Assembly (NCBI GenBank): GCA_963808625.1
Contig: CAWEHK010000049.1
Location: 1 to 64,000, forward strand
From: an uncultured delta proteobacterium
Lineage (GTDB): Bacteria; Desulfobacterota; Syntrophobacteria; Syntrophobacterales; Syntrophobacteraceae
DNA: 64,000 bases
Direction of reading: 5' to 3'
A model generated the notes under the pieces. That model was not told the origin of the DNA. It did not search any database and was given only the letters and a program-made list of their open reading frames with translations. How positions within the stretch are numbered: the first letter of the stretch is position 1; every line of letters starts with the position of its first letter. This document shows positions 32,413 through 43,237 of the stretch, piece after piece. The position numbers and the translations under genes were made by a program.

Positions 32413-33889
32413 AGGAAGCCTTTTCCTGCCAATCCCACATCTCGAAACACGGTCAGCTTCGATTCTCGTTAATCCTGCAGGCCAGGACCCCTTTGTTGAA
32501 ATGCTTAAGTCCCATAGGTTGGCATAGGATTCGTTGAGGATTTCGATCGGGTGAAACACCTTGTAAGGGAGCAGCTGGTGGAACTGGAGCCGGCAGCTCA
32601 GGCAGTCGCTGAGAAGCCGCTCCGGGATCAATCGCCCGGATCTTCTCCATCAGGCGGCTTCCCATCTCGACGGAAACCTCGTGAAAATCACGCTTGAAAC
32701 CCATGATTCCGGAAATGCCGCAGCAGTAGAAAGCGCCTTCGATTCTTTCCATGGAGATTCCCGGCACCAGGCTGAGCAGATCTGCGTAAGGCTCGCCGAT
32801 CATTTGCTCCCTCAGGTGACAGGGGGGATAGTAGGCCATGCGCGCCGGTACCGGTCCAAAGCTGGTGTCGAGGTTGCCGGCGCGATGGAGGTCGCGCAAA
32901 TACTCGCCCAGGTCATACGTGCGGCTCGAGATTTTGATCCTTTTCAAGGCGCTCATGGGCGAAAAATAGCCTTCATCTTTGTAGAGCGCTTCCAAGATGG
33001 GATTGCCGGGGGGACGTGCCCCAAGGCGCCGGTCAGCTAAGGCTCTCTCCTTGCCCGCCGCACCTTCTCCGGACTCCTGCGGCTTCCCGGTGTTCCGCCG
33101 CATAACGGGCGCCTTCGCTCAGCACGTTTTTCAGCATATACCCGCAGGTGGGGCAGGAGCACACAATGTCGTAGCCTGCCTCGACAGCTTCGCCGAGCCG
33201 TTCCAGATTGAACGCGGCAAACTCGAAAGTGAGCGGTAGATCTCCCTCCAGCAGACTCGGCATGCCACAGCATTGCTGTTCCGGGAAGTAGACCTCGATC
33301 CCGTTGCGCTGAAGAACCTCGACCGCGGCCTTGGGCACCTCGGGAAAGAGGAACTGTCCCGTGCAGCCGGCAAAGAAGGCAACCTTTCTTCCTTTGCGTT
33401 TCCCGCGGGATATGGAGCCCTCGCCGTTTCGCCCAGGTGGGGAAGTTTTCTTTCGGAAAGACCGGGACTTTTCTTTCTTCATGAATCCCCGCCAGCTTTT
33501 TCAGGAGAGCCGCCGGTGCGTCCGCTTTGAAAAAGCGTGTTGGTCAGTCGGGGATAAGCGCCACACAGCCTCGCTACGCGCTCGACATCTTCCAGGAGCC
33601 GGATGGTTGGTTTCAGCCCGTCCCTGCCGACAAAGGCATGTTTCGCCCGCATGATATCCGAGCGAATGTTGTGACACGGACATAAGGCGCAGTAATTGCA
33701 CAAGTCCACCAGGTTTCTCAGGTCCTCGGGAGTGATCGGCTCGTTCTTTTCTTTTTCCTTATCGTAGAGGCGGTAGAGCTCAGGGAATACCAGGCAGGGT
33801 GTGTCCTCCATGAGGAATCTGCAGATGTCACAATCCGCACAGGCTTCGATGACGGCCCGCGCCATTTTTTCAGGGTTATTCTCTAGCAT
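32410..33889 (-). CDS. GlpC/HdrD-like Fe-S oxidoreductase (4Fe-4S dicluster + CCG domains); frameshifted
   Basis: CADCDIC, CNYCALCPC, VAFFAGC, QCCGMP, SCPTC, YYPPCH, CCGISG and DCLSCRLQ. Confidence 0.85.
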
Positions 33890-33956
33890 GTCAGGTCTCC
33901 AACTCGAGAGAAGCGCTTTCCGGTGAGGTTTGCTGCCGAACTGTGCTCCTCAATAA

Positions 33957-34036
33957 GAGACTGTCCAAAAACAGCTTGCACTCATTTCAGCCCTTCTTCG
34001 TGGTAAAAGAAGGCCTTTCATTTTTTGGCCACCCCC
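33957..34036. mobile_element. Internally deleted copy of the 138-bp MITE
   Basis: Same ends as 39454-39591 (GAGACTGTCCAAAAA... / TTTTTGGCCACCCCC) but lacks the central CACGAAG hairpin. Confidence 0.8.
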
Positions 34037-34088
34037 TGAGCCGCCGCGATGCTCATATCTACAGTTTCGGCCAGAAGCCCACCACTAC

Positions 34089-34260
34089 TTAATCCAGATG
34101 CGACTTCAACCCGAGATTCTTCTGTTGTTCCAGGCGCTCGAGGAATTCTTTGAGCAGACGAAATGCTGCCCTTTCATTGCCGTCCATAACACTCATTTCT
34201 ATCTGCACAAGCTCTTCCTCACCTTGTGAGTAACGCAACGGCAGTTTGATCAAGGTCCAT
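34089..34260 (-). CDS. Small hypothetical protein in the ars cluster; probable frameshift
   Basis: EEELVQIEMSVMDGNERAAFRLLKEFLERLEQ helical frame; ATG at 34260 is in a neighbouring frame. Confidence 0.4.
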
Positions 34261-34364
34261 GCTGTCGGGCAGGTTTTCCAGCCTGCGATGCCGAACCCGC
34301 CAAAAGGCAGGCTGCAAAGCCTGCCCCACAACTTAAGGCGCTCCGCAGAAACCTCGTTGTAGTA

Positions 34365-35075
34365 TTAAAACGCCTCGATGAACGGACGCAGGATGAAGTA
34401 GATGCCGAGGAGCGCAATGCCCACGCCGGCGCATCGTCGAAACCAAAGCCCTCCTTCATGGAAAGAGCTGCTCTCCAGCAACCGTCTTACCGTTGCGGTC
34501 GAACTTCCCGCCACGGCAATGGGGACACAGTGTCCGATGCCAAAAAGGGTGATGAAGAGCAGGCCGGTTGCGATCTTCTGCTGAATGGTGATGATCGCGA
34601 GAATGGGCGCAATAAAGCCGAAGGTGCAGGAACCGGAAAGAACGCCGTAGGCCAAACCCAGAAAGAAGGCACCCGACAGCCCCTTGAGCTTGATGCGGCC
34701 GAGCATGCTGCCGGACATCGAACAGTTCGACACGCCGAGCATGTCGAGGGCCACCCAGATCAGGATAGCGCCGACCAGGATGGTCCAATAGGGTCCCACC
34801 TCGCCGAGCATGCGGCCGAGCAGCGAGCAGATGATCCCGACCAGGGCGATGGTGATGAAGAGGCCCACCGTGAAGGCAAAGGCATAGTGTACGGCATGGT
34901 TCGCTTTGAGGGCTTTTTCCTGCCCCGCCACGTAGCTCACGATCAGGGGAATGGAGGCCAGATGGCAGGGGCTGAACACGACACTGATCATCCCCCAGAG
35001 AAAGCAGCCCAGCGCGGCAAGGGCTGTCCCCGCCAACATCCACGAGTTGACCGTCAAGAACAGCTGATCAAACAT
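34365..35075 (-). CDS. ccdA: Cytochrome c biogenesis CcdA / DsbD transmembrane protein
   Basis: SPCHLASIPL and GSCTFGFIAP motifs; hydrophobic. Confidence 0.88.
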   Translation of the reverse strand: MFDQLFLTVNSWMLAGTALAALGCFLWGMISVVFSPCHLASIPLIVSYVAGQEKALKANHAVHYAFAFTVGLFITIALVGIICSLLGRMLGEVGPYWTILVGAILIWVALDMLGVSNCSMSGSMLGRIKLKGLSGAFFLGLAYGVLSGSCTFGFIAPILAIITIQQKIATGLLFITLFGIGHCVPIAVAGSSTATVRRLLESSSFHEGGLWFRRCAGVGIALLGIYFILRPFIEAF

Positions 35076-35090
35076 TCTTCCGGCCCCCGA

Positions 35091-35487
35091 TCACTGCTTT
35101 TCCACACCCAGTTGCTCCAGCTTGGCCACGATACTGCCTTTGTCGAAGAAGCCCTCATGCCGGTAAACTTCCTTCCCTTCCCGGTCGTAGAAAATCTGCG
35201 TCGGGATCGAGCGAATGCGGTATTTTTTCCCTTCCTCCGGATTCTGCCAGACATCGATGAACACAATAGCAGCTTTGCCGTTGTACTCTTTTTCAAGCTC
35301 CTCCATGATTGGAGCCATCAGCTTGCAGGGGATGCACTTGCGAGCCCCGATGTCGATCATGGTCACCATGCCTTTCACCGGCAATTCTGAAGGGACAGCA
35401 GCCGTTTCTCCCGCGAAGGACAGGGGCAATTCCAAGAAATCCAAACGACAATCCAAGTACAACCGCCAAAACCACGAATCGCTTCAC
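35091..35487 (-). CDS. Exported thioredoxin-family protein; frameshift in the leader
   Basis: Signal-like MKRFVVLAVV; CIPC motif; IPTQIFYD..GKEVYRHEGF. Confidence 0.88.
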
Positions 35488-35684
35488 TTAACAAACCTCC
35501 TTAAAGTTTCAAGATTGCCCGAGCACCACAAGCATCACCACAAACCACGCCAACGGAAAATTCCAAAGTGCCTTCTTCAAACATTTTCTCCGCTTGAGGA
35601 GCCATCCCCTGGTTATGCCCATTCGTTCAGACTCCGTTCTCTGCTTCGGACTGCGTTCACCGCTGTTCGATCTCTCGTTACACA

Positions 35685-36793
35685 TCAGCCAACGGATGAA
35701 CTTCGGCTAAGGCTCCAAGAACGTGACAGATGCCTGTCGGGGTTTCGACGGAAGGGGAAATACTTGCTCTTGAACCAGAGCGCCACGTTGACCAGACTGA
35801 TCAATACCGGAACTTCCACCAGGGGGCCGATGACGGCGGCAAAGGCCTCCCCCGAGTTGATGCCGAAGACGGCCACCGCGACTGCGATAGCCAGTTCGAA
35901 ATTATTGGACGCGGCCGTGAAGCTCAGAGTGGTTGATTGCTCGTAGGTTGCTCCTACTTTCATGGAGAGACGAAAGAAACGAAAAACATGATCACGAAAT
36001 AGATGCACAGCGGTATGGCCACTCGCAGAACATCCCCTGGCAGTTGCACGATGTATTCACCTTTGAGTGAGAACATCACCAGAATGGTAAAGAGCAAGGC
36101 AATCAGGGTGATGGGGCTAATTTTGGGAATGAATTTTTGTTCGTACCATTGCTTGCCTTTGGTCTTGAGGCCGATGAATCGGGAGAGCATGCCTGCAATA
36201 AAGGGAATACCGAGATAGATGAACACGCTCTCGGCAATCTGGCGCATGGAAATGTCGACCAGAACCCCGGTCATGCCGAACCAGCGCGGGAGCATGGTGA
36301 TGAAAATGTAGGCATAGAGGGAGAAGAAAAGTACCTGGAAGATCGAGTTGAAAGCCACCAGGCCGGCGCAGTATTCCGTATCGCCGTCCGCCAGATCATT
36401 CCAGACGATGACCATGGCGATGCATCGGGCGAGTCCGATCAGGATCAGCCCTACCATGTATTCATGGTAGCCGGAGAGGAAAGTGATGGCCAAGACGAAC
36501 ATAAGGATCGGGCCGATCACCCAGTTTTGGATAAGGGAGAGAGCCAGGACCTTGACATTTCGAAACACCTCTCCCAGTTGCTCGTACTTTACCTTGGCGA
36601 GGGGCGGGTACATCATGAGGATGAGGCCGATGGCGATAGGGATATTGGTGGTGTCTACCTGAAAGGTGTTGATCAGGTCGCGGATGCCGGGATACAGGTA
36701 TCCTCCCCCTACACCAACAGCCATGGCCAGGAAAATCCACAGGGTCAAAAAGCGGTCAAGAAAAGAGAGTTTCTTGGTAACTGAAGCTTCCAT
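35685..36793 (-). CDS. acr3: ACR3-family arsenite efflux transporter; frameshift near 35970
   Basis: [39 protein letters not shown] and GPLVEVP. Confidence 0.95.
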
Positions 36794-36820
36794 GAGCCTT
36801 CTCCTCATCTCTATTCAGTT

Positions 36821-37265
36821 TTATTCATCCAGAATTTCCGGAAGTTTTTCCACGAACTCCTTGATTTCATCGCGAACACGCCGGTAGTGAACCATCGCTT
36901 CCTCTTCCGTCTGCGCACCGGCAGCGAGACGGGGAGGATCATCAAAGCCCACATGCAGCACCCTGGTTTTGGCGGGAAAGAAAGGACATCCCTGATGGGC
37001 CTGATCGCAGAGCGTGATTACATACTCGAATTCTATGTGTTCGAGAGTATCAACATCCTTCGAGGCTTGACCTGAAATATCGATGCCGACCTCAGCCATG
37101 GCTTGCACCGCCTTGGGGTCAACACCATGGGGAGCGACGCCGGCAGAATAGGCCTCAATCTCGGTCGCCCTTTAAGACGCGAGTCCAGGCTTCGGCCATC
37201 TGGCTCCGGCAGGAATTGCCCGTGCATAAAAAAAGGACCTTCAATTTCTCTGCTTTTGCAGCCAT
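36821..37265 (-). CDS. arsC: Thioredoxin-dependent arsenate reductase (LMW-PTP type); frameshifted
   Basis: [20 protein letters not shown]...CPFFP and FDDP...RRVRDEI. Confidence 0.93.
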
Positions 37266-37299
37266 CGTCTCCTGCCTCCTCGCATCATAAGAGTTAAAG

Positions 37300-37824
37300 T
37301 TACCAGTCGAGTTGAAACTGCCCGAGATAGCTTGCAAGCTTCCGTTTGTTGTCTTCACTCAGAGGGGGACAATCGTCCGGTCCTTTGCCTCCCTCTGCCA
37401 CTTGGGCGGCAAAAACCATACAGGTTGGTTGACCACATTCGCGGCAGTTTGTTTTCGGCAAAAGCCTGAGGATCTCAATCACCCGGGGTTTGGGAGCGCC
37501 TTCAAAACGCGGTTCGATTTCTTCTCGCTTTTCCCAGGTTTCGTTGATCTCCCCCTTGAGCCATTCCAGGATCTTGTCCACTTCGGTTTCATCCTTCAGA
37601 GCATTGACGGCAATAAGACGAGGATGCACCGTGATGAGCTTGCCGTGGGTCTTGAAAGTGACCGAAGGCGGCTCCCTGGTATACTGGTATCCTCCCAGCA
37701 CCGCATTGAGATAGGGCAGGACTTCGGTGATGTCCTCATCCAGATGGGCAATGCAGTGCAAGGACTGAAAGCTCGGGTTGCACTCCGGCCGAAAGATTTC
37801 TTTCCGATAACTTTTCAGTAACAT
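37300..37824 (-). CDS. Putative Fe-S cluster protein (C-terminal 4Fe-4S FeS domain)
   Basis: [18 protein letters not shown]...CPPL. Confidence 0.85.
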   Translation of the reverse strand: MLLKSYRKEIFRPECNPSFQSLHCIAHLDEDITEVLPYLNAVLGGYQYTREPPSVTFKTHGKLITVHPRLIAVNALKDETEVDKILEWLKGEINETWEKREEIEPRFEGAPKPRVIEILRLLPKTNCRECGQPTCMVFAAQVAEGGKGPDDCPPLSEDNKRKLASYLGQFQLDW

Positions 37825-37853
37825 GTGACACCTCCCCCCTGGCAACAAGCAGG

Positions 37854-38084
37854 CTATTTGAGCCAGCGCAGGACTTCTCCCTTCGAGGGGACCTTCCCAG
37901 TAGTCTTAACAGTGCCATCAATCACCACTGCCGGTGTGGAGAAAATGCCGTGCCTGGCAATCTCCGCCAGATCACTGACGTACTCAACCTCGGCGGCTAT
38001 TCCAGCTTCAGCAACTGCCTCTTTCACCACCTTCTCCGTTTCGTGACACTTCCTGCAACCTGGTCCCAAGACTTTGATTTTCAT
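37854..38084 (-). CDS. Small redox-active disulfide protein (thioredoxin_3)
   Basis: MKIKVLGPGCRKC...STPAVVIDG...GKVP. Confidence 0.9.
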   Translation of the reverse strand: MKIKVLGPGCRKCHETEKVVKEAVAEAGIAAEVEYVSDLAEIARHGIFSTPAVVIDGTVKTTGKVPSKGEVLRWLK

Positions 38085-38143
38085 TTGTTTCTCCTTGTGT
38101 AACCATATGCTGGTAATCGATCCAAACACTTGATTCCTGGATC

Positions 38144-38273
38144 GTTTCCATCCGGAAACACGTTTGACTGTAGGGGAGGGGTTTATCCCCTCCCGAAAAT
38201 CCACAGCTTTTCGCCAACTTGCGGGCGGGAATAAATCCCGCCCCTACGAATTATGGGGTTCCCGGATAGACAG
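38144..38273. mobile_element. TIR-bounded miniature element carrying a REP doublet (copy 3)
   Basis: Ends GTTTCCATCCGGAAAC / GTTCCCGGATAGAC; internal GTAGGGGAGGGGTTTATCCCCTCCC and GGGCGGGAATAAATCCCGCCCCTAC. Confidence 0.75.
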
Positions 38274-39406
38274 CTAGATCAGCATGTTGAACAAATAGCC
38301 GACAATGATGATGCCCACCGCGACGACAGCCGTGAAAACCATGATCAGTCTCGGCTTGAGGACCTTGCGCAAAATCACCGTCTCCGGAAACGAGATGGCG
38401 ACCACGGACATCATGAAGGCGAGCACGGTTCCCATTGCCGCGCCTTTCTCGATGAGGGCCGATACCACGGGGATGATCCCGGCCGCATTGGAGTATATGG
38501 GGATGCCGATGAGCACCGCGGCCGGAACCGACCACCAGGCCCCCTTGCCCATGATCGAGGCGAGGTAACCCTCCGGCACGTAACCATGAATGCCCGCTCC
38601 AACGGCAATGCCCACGATGACGTAGATCCACACCTTGCCGACAATATCGCGCACGGCTTCAAGGCCAAAATTGATGCGATCGGCGAGGCTTTTTCGCTCC
38701 TCGTCGTAGACGCCGCTCTCCCCACCTGGATTTGATAAACCCAATCCTCGAGGTGATGTTCCATCTTCAAACGGCCAATCGTCCAGCCGGCAAGCATGGC
38801 AATGATCAAGCCCGTGCTCATATAAATCGCGGCGATTTCCCAGCCGAAAAGTCCGTAGAGCAGCACCAGTGCGATCTCGTTGACCATCGGCGCGGAAATG
38901 AGAAAGGAAAAGGTCACCCCGAGCGGTACGGAAGCGCTGAGAAAACCGATAAAAAGGGGCACCGCCGAGCAGGAGCAAAAGGGGGTCACAATGCCGAGCA
39001 GCGCGGCCAGTACATTGCCAACCGATTCACGCTTGCCGGCAAGGATCCTGCGGGTGCGCTCCGGGGTAAAGTAGGAGCGGATGAGGCCCACGCCAAAGAC
39101 CACCAGGACCAGGAGCATGAGGACTTTCGGGGTGTCGTAGAGGAAGAATTCCACCGCGCTGGTAAGATGCTGTGTATTTCCCAGCCACGCAATGTGAGTG
39201 GCCAGCAGTTCCACCAAATGGCGAGCCAACCAGCCGGCAACCGGCGCCAGACTCTTGTAGACAACCCACCAGGCCACCAGCAAGGGGACCCCGATCAAGA
39301 GATAAATGAGCGTCGATTTTTGGGTGTCTCCCGAGGAGGAGTCAGCGCTGGCATTCAATTCCTCACCGGGCAGACAAATGCAGCTTTCAGCCTTGTCCGT
39401 TCTCAT
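38274..39406 (-). CDS. arsP: ArsP-family (DUF318) permease; frameshift near 38710
   Basis: TPFCSCSAVPLF, SAPMVNE, GIPIYSNAAG and LAFMMSVVAISFPE. Confidence 0.9.
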
Positions 39407-39453
39407 TCCTTGTCTCCATTTCTGAAAAACCTATCGCACCGTTTGGCGCTTAA

Positions 39454-39591
39454 GAGACTGTCCAAAAACAACTTGCACTCATTTCAGCCCTTTTTCGAAC
39501 CACGAAGAACACGAAGAGCACGAAGAAATCACTTCGTGTCCTTTTCGTGTTTTTCGTGGTAAGAGAAGGCCTCTTATTTTTGGACGCCCCC
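39454..39591. mobile_element. 138-bp MITE with a central CACGAAG(AA) hairpin
   Basis: Imperfect TIR GAGACTGTCCAAAAA / TTTTTGGACGCCCCC, flanked by TAA on both sides; related copies at 33957, 42733 and 49159. Confidence 0.85.
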
Positions 39592-39594
39592 TAA

Positions 39595-39739
39595 GTACAG
39601 CACCACACAAATGAGTGTCCAGTTTCCACACGTCATGCCCGCGAAGGCGGGCATCCAAGCTTTGTCTCTGGATTCCCGCCAGAAGCATGCGGGAATTGAC
39701 GCCCGGTGATAATGGTCACTTAATTCTGTGGAGCTGTAC
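39595..39739. mobile_element. Miniature element carrying the GTCATGCCCGCGAAGGCGGGCATCCA / TGGATTCCCGC..GCGGGAATGAC palindrome pair
   Basis: Ends GTACAGCACCAC / GTGGAGCTGTAC; related palindrome pairs near 44610-44672, 46002-46067 and 52305-52390. Confidence 0.7.
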
Positions 39740-39770
39740 CAAGATCTTGGAAGCTCGTAAAAGTTCAAGC

Positions 39771-40286
39771 CTACTCCTTTCGGGCAAGTGATCGATGCGC
39801 CTCAATGAGCCAGGCCTTGATCTGCTTCCGGGGAGGCACTCTGCCTACCATTGCGATCCTGCCGTTGATTACCAGGGCGGGGGTCCCCATCACACCATAG
39901 CGGGCAATCTCCTTGATATCGGTGACGTGGTCCAGGTTTGCGGGAAAATCCAGTTCCGTCAGCAGTTCCATGACCGTCTGGGTGAGATCATGGCACTGCA
40001 CGCAGCCCATGCCCAAGACTTTGATCTCCAGTCCCCGGGGTGATTCGTCCTCACAGGCTTGTCCCATGAATTTGCGGAACTCCCGGACAAAGGCCTGCGC
40101 ATACTCATCTCGGGCAACACTTGGGATGTAGTTGTCGCGGCCGAGACGCTCCAGCATCGCGGCGGCGATTTCGTCATCGCTTGTTTCGCCATGAGTCCGG
40201 GCCAGTTCCCCCATGACCTGCCGGATGCCAATGATGCTGATGTCAAACCCCCCAATCCTGATTTTGGTGATATCCTTCTCGGTCAT
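39771..40286 (-). CDS. Thioredoxin_3-domain protein with N-terminal extension
   Basis: IKVLGMGCVQC...GVMGTPALVING...GRVP. Confidence 0.85.
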   Translation of the reverse strand: MTEKDITKIRIGGFDISIIGIRQVMGELARTHGETSDDEIAAAMLERLGRDNYIPSVARDEYAQAFVREFRKFMGQACEDESPRGLEIKVLGMGCVQCHDLTQTVMELLTELDFPANLDHVTDIKEIARYGVMGTPALVINGRIAMVGRVPPRKQIKAWLIEAHRSLARKE

Positions 40287-40323
40287 GGTTGCCTTCTCAC
40301 TTTGACTTGACGATGGGAAAACG

Positions 40324-40668
40324 TCATTTCTTGCAGATCTCTTCCCGGCGAATGGAAGGAAGGCGCTCGGCAATGCGCACGACCTCGGGATCATCCTGCA
40401 GCCAATGCCGCAAGTTCCCCAGGAGAGCAGCCGCATAGGGGCTGCTGTTCCCATTCGCCAGTTGATAATTGACCCAGAGCCCGCTTTTTCGGCAGTCGAC
40501 CAGGCCGGCGTCCTCGAGAATTTTCAGATGTTTTGATACGGTTGGCTGGGCAAGCTGCAGGGTGGCCTGGATCTCACAGACACACAGTGATTTATGCTGA
40601 AGCATTTTAAGAATCTTGACCCGGTTGGGATCAGACAGTGCTTTCATGACTCTTATAAATTGTTTCAT
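40324..40668 (-). CDS. arsR: ArsR/SmtB transcriptional repressor
   Basis: KALSDPNRVKIL, LCVCEI and QPTVSKHLKIL; GGAGG RBS. Confidence 0.95.
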   Translation of the reverse strand: MKQFIRVMKALSDPNRVKILKMLQHKSLCVCEIQATLQLAQPTVSKHLKILEDAGLVDCRKSGLWVNYQLANGNSSPYAAALLGNLRHWLQDDPEVVRIAERLPSIRREEICKK

Positions 40669-40681
40669 AGTACCTCCCCAG

Positions 40682-40728
40682 TATATTGCTGGCTTGGAAT
40701 ATATCGAATGATCTGCCCGGAATGTCAA
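40682..40728 (-). promoter_or_regulatory. ars promoter with candidate ArsR operator
   Basis: TTGACA on the minus strand at 40723-40728; inverted repeat TATATT-N10-AATATA at 40682-40703. Confidence 0.55.
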
Positions 40729-40931
40729 GGGCCTCGATCTGCAAAAAGAATCATGGACATGGGCAGGCATGCTGAAGAGGCCCGGTGCCGTCACGATTAC
40801 ATTCCTTGGAATGAATATGAAGCACCGCCTGCCGGAATTTTGGGTTGCTTCGCATAGGAATGTCCATTAAGGTTGGTGAGGTCCTGTTGGGTGAGCTTTC
40901 ATCAGGGAATCGCAGCGAAGGAGGGGAACTG

Positions 40932-41915
40932 GTGTCGGAGAGCGAACTTTATGATCTCATCATTGTGGGTGGAGGCCCGGGGGGCCTTACCGCCGGCATG
41001 TATGCCATGAGGGCCGCGCTCAAAACGGTACTCATCGAGAAGGGAGTGCCGGGGGGGCAGGTAGCCATCACCAAAGCGGTGGAAAACTACCCCGGATTCA
41101 TCGAAATCGGCGGCTTTGAGTTGTGCGACAAATTTTTGCAGCACGCCAAATGGTATGGTCTGGAGATGATTCAGCAAGAGGTTGTCGCGGTGGATCCGGG
41201 GCTCGAGTTCCATTCCGTCCGCCTCGCCAATGGCGCCGTGGTGAACGCCCACGCCGTGATTCTGGCGCCCGGCGGCAGTGCTCGCAGGCTCAACGTGCCG
41301 GGGGAGAACGAAAACTTCGGCAAAGGTGTCTCCTACTGTGCCACCTGTGACGGCTTTTTCTTCCGGGACAAGACGGTGGTGGTTGTTGGTGGTGGCGATA
41401 CCGCCCTCGAGGATGCGCTCTACCTCTCTAAAATCACCAAACGGGTCTACCTCGCCCATCGCCGGGATGCGTTTCGGGGCAGCAGAATCCTGCAGCAGCG
41501 GGTGCTGGCTGAATGCGGAATCGAAGTGCTCTGGAATACGGTGGTTACGGAAATAAAGTCCAACGAGCAGGGGGTTTGCGAAGTTTCCCTCAAGGATACG
41601 AAAACCGGTGAGCCAAGGGCACTGGCAACGGACGGTGTCTTCATCTTCGTTGGTTTTGCTCCCAACAACCAGTTGGTGCCCGCCGGCATCAGAGCGAATG
41701 CGAACGGTTATGTCGTCACCGACGAGAAGTGCGAGACGAGCATTCCGGGCATCTTTGCCATCGGCGATCTCCGGCAGAAGTATGCCAATCAGATTGTCAT
41801 CGCCGCGGCCGACGGCTGCATCGCCGCTCTGGCTGCCGCGCATTACGTGGAAATGAAAAAGGCGAGCGCCGTCTGTTCGATGCCTCCCAGCTCCCTGGCT
41901 GCGGGCTCACAGTAG
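40932..41915 (+). CDS. trxB: Thioredoxin-disulfide reductase
   Basis: GGGPGGLTAG, GVSYCATCDG, GGGDTA, HRRD and FAIGD. Confidence 0.96.
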   Translation: MSESELYDLIIVGGGPGGLTAGMYAMRAALKTVLIEKGVPGGQVAITKAVENYPGFIEIGGFELCDKFLQHAKWYGLEMIQQEVVAVDPGLEFHSVRLANGAVVNAHAVILAPGGSARRLNVPGENENFGKGVSYCATCDGFFFRDKTVVVVGGGDTALEDALYLSKITKRVYLAHRRDAFRGSRILQQRVLAECGIEVLWNTVVTEIKSNEQGVCEVSLKDTKTGEPRALATDGVFIFVGFAPNNQLVPAGIRANANGYVVTDEKCETSIPGIFAIGDLRQKYANQIVIAAADGCIAALAAAHYVEMKKASAVCSMPPSSLAAGSQ

Positions 41916-42045
41916 GGCTGGAAGAGGGTTGCGGTTGCTGTACTACTGGGTACACATCAAACTGCCCTCTTTTTTGCAGGAAAAGAGATTTGTTTGGGAA
42001 TTCTTGGATAAGGCACGAGCGTTGGGTGGCTTGAAGGACGTAAAG

Positions 42046-42733
42046 GTGAGTCACAAACGAGCGGTGATTAAAGCGATCCTCTTGCTCGTCTTCGATCATC
42101 GCGGCCGTGGCCGTGGCCCGGTATGCTCCCGTGAAAGGACTGTTGACTGCGGACAAACTTGGGGCATTGCTCGAGCACAGTGGATTTTGGGGACCATTGC
42201 TGTTCATCGGCGTCTACATGGCGGGGGTGTGTCTGTTCATTCCGGGGACGCTTCTGACGACCCTGGGCGCCGCCATCTTCGGCCCCTACTTCGGATTCCT
42301 GTATGTCTGGGTGGGCGCGATGCTTGGCGCCAGCCTGGCGTTCTTCATCGGACGCTACCTCGGTCGCGATTTCGCGGCTTCGCTCATTGGCGATAAATTG
42401 AAAAAGTACGATGATGCCATTGCGCGCAAAGGCTTTGCCACGGTCCTCTACCTCCGCCTCGTCTACTTTCCCTTCACCCCGATGAATTTCGGTATGGGAC
42501 TGACCAAAGTACAGTTTTGGGACTACTTTTTCGGGACGGCCCTGGGCATCATTGCGGGCACCTTCGTCTTTACCTTTTTCGTGGGCACGCTGAAAGAGGC
42601 CTGGGTGAGCGGCCAGTGGGCCGGGCTGGTGAACTGGAAGACCTTGCTGGCGCTTGTCCTGTTTGTCTTCTCGTTCTGCATCCCGAGGATCATCGAGAGG
42701 CTGAAAGAAGCGATGCGGCTAAAAGTTGCTTAG
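42046..42733 (+). CDS. TVP38/TMEM64 (DedA-like) membrane protein; frameshift near the start
   Basis: PGTLLTTLGAAIFG, FFIGRYLGR and LRLVYFPFTPMNFGMGLT. Confidence 0.88.
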
Positions 42734-42992
42734 GGAGCGTCCAGAAACAAATGGCCTTCTTTTGCCACGAAGAACACGAAGGATACGAAGTGATTTCTTC
42801 GTGTTCTTCGTGTGTAGAAAAGAGGCTGAAACAGTACCCGTGGGCCGAAATAAGTAGCCAGTTCCGGTGGGCACGGTGGAGCTGTGCCCACCCTACAGTG
42901 TTCCCGGATCCGTAGGGTGGGCAGGTTTTTTTGCCCACCGCAAACATGCACGAACTTATGCCCATGTGTACTAGGTGTTTTTGGACAGTTTC
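42733..42992. mobile_element. Inverted copy of the 138-bp MITE with a second REP-carrying element nested inside (about 42834-42971)
   Basis: Outer ends GGGAGCGTCCAGAAA / TTTTTGGACAGTTTC; inner ends GTACCCGTGGGC / GCCCATGTGTAC. Confidence 0.8.
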
Positions 42993-43029
42993 CCAGCTAC
43001 GCCGGGGTTATTAAGGCAGGCAAGCTGGT

Positions 43030-43192
43030 TATACTCGTTAGGGATGAAAAGGTTCTCTTTATTACCGCGGAGAACGCAGCGTGCGCAGAGAGAGTTTGCT
43101 ATGAAATCATTAGGTTTCTCTGCGATCTCAGCGTGCTCTGCGGTGAATTCATAAGTCTGCCAAAACGAAGGTCCTCAGCCTAGACGAGTATA
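43030..43192. mobile_element. MITE-like element with a CGCAGAG / CTCTGCG internal hairpin
   Basis: Ends TATACTCGTTAGG / CCTAGACGAGTATA. Confidence 0.65.
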
Positions 43193-43237
43193 TTTTCGAT
43201 GCAATAATTTCGAGTCAATAGCGGCGGTGGAGCAGCG

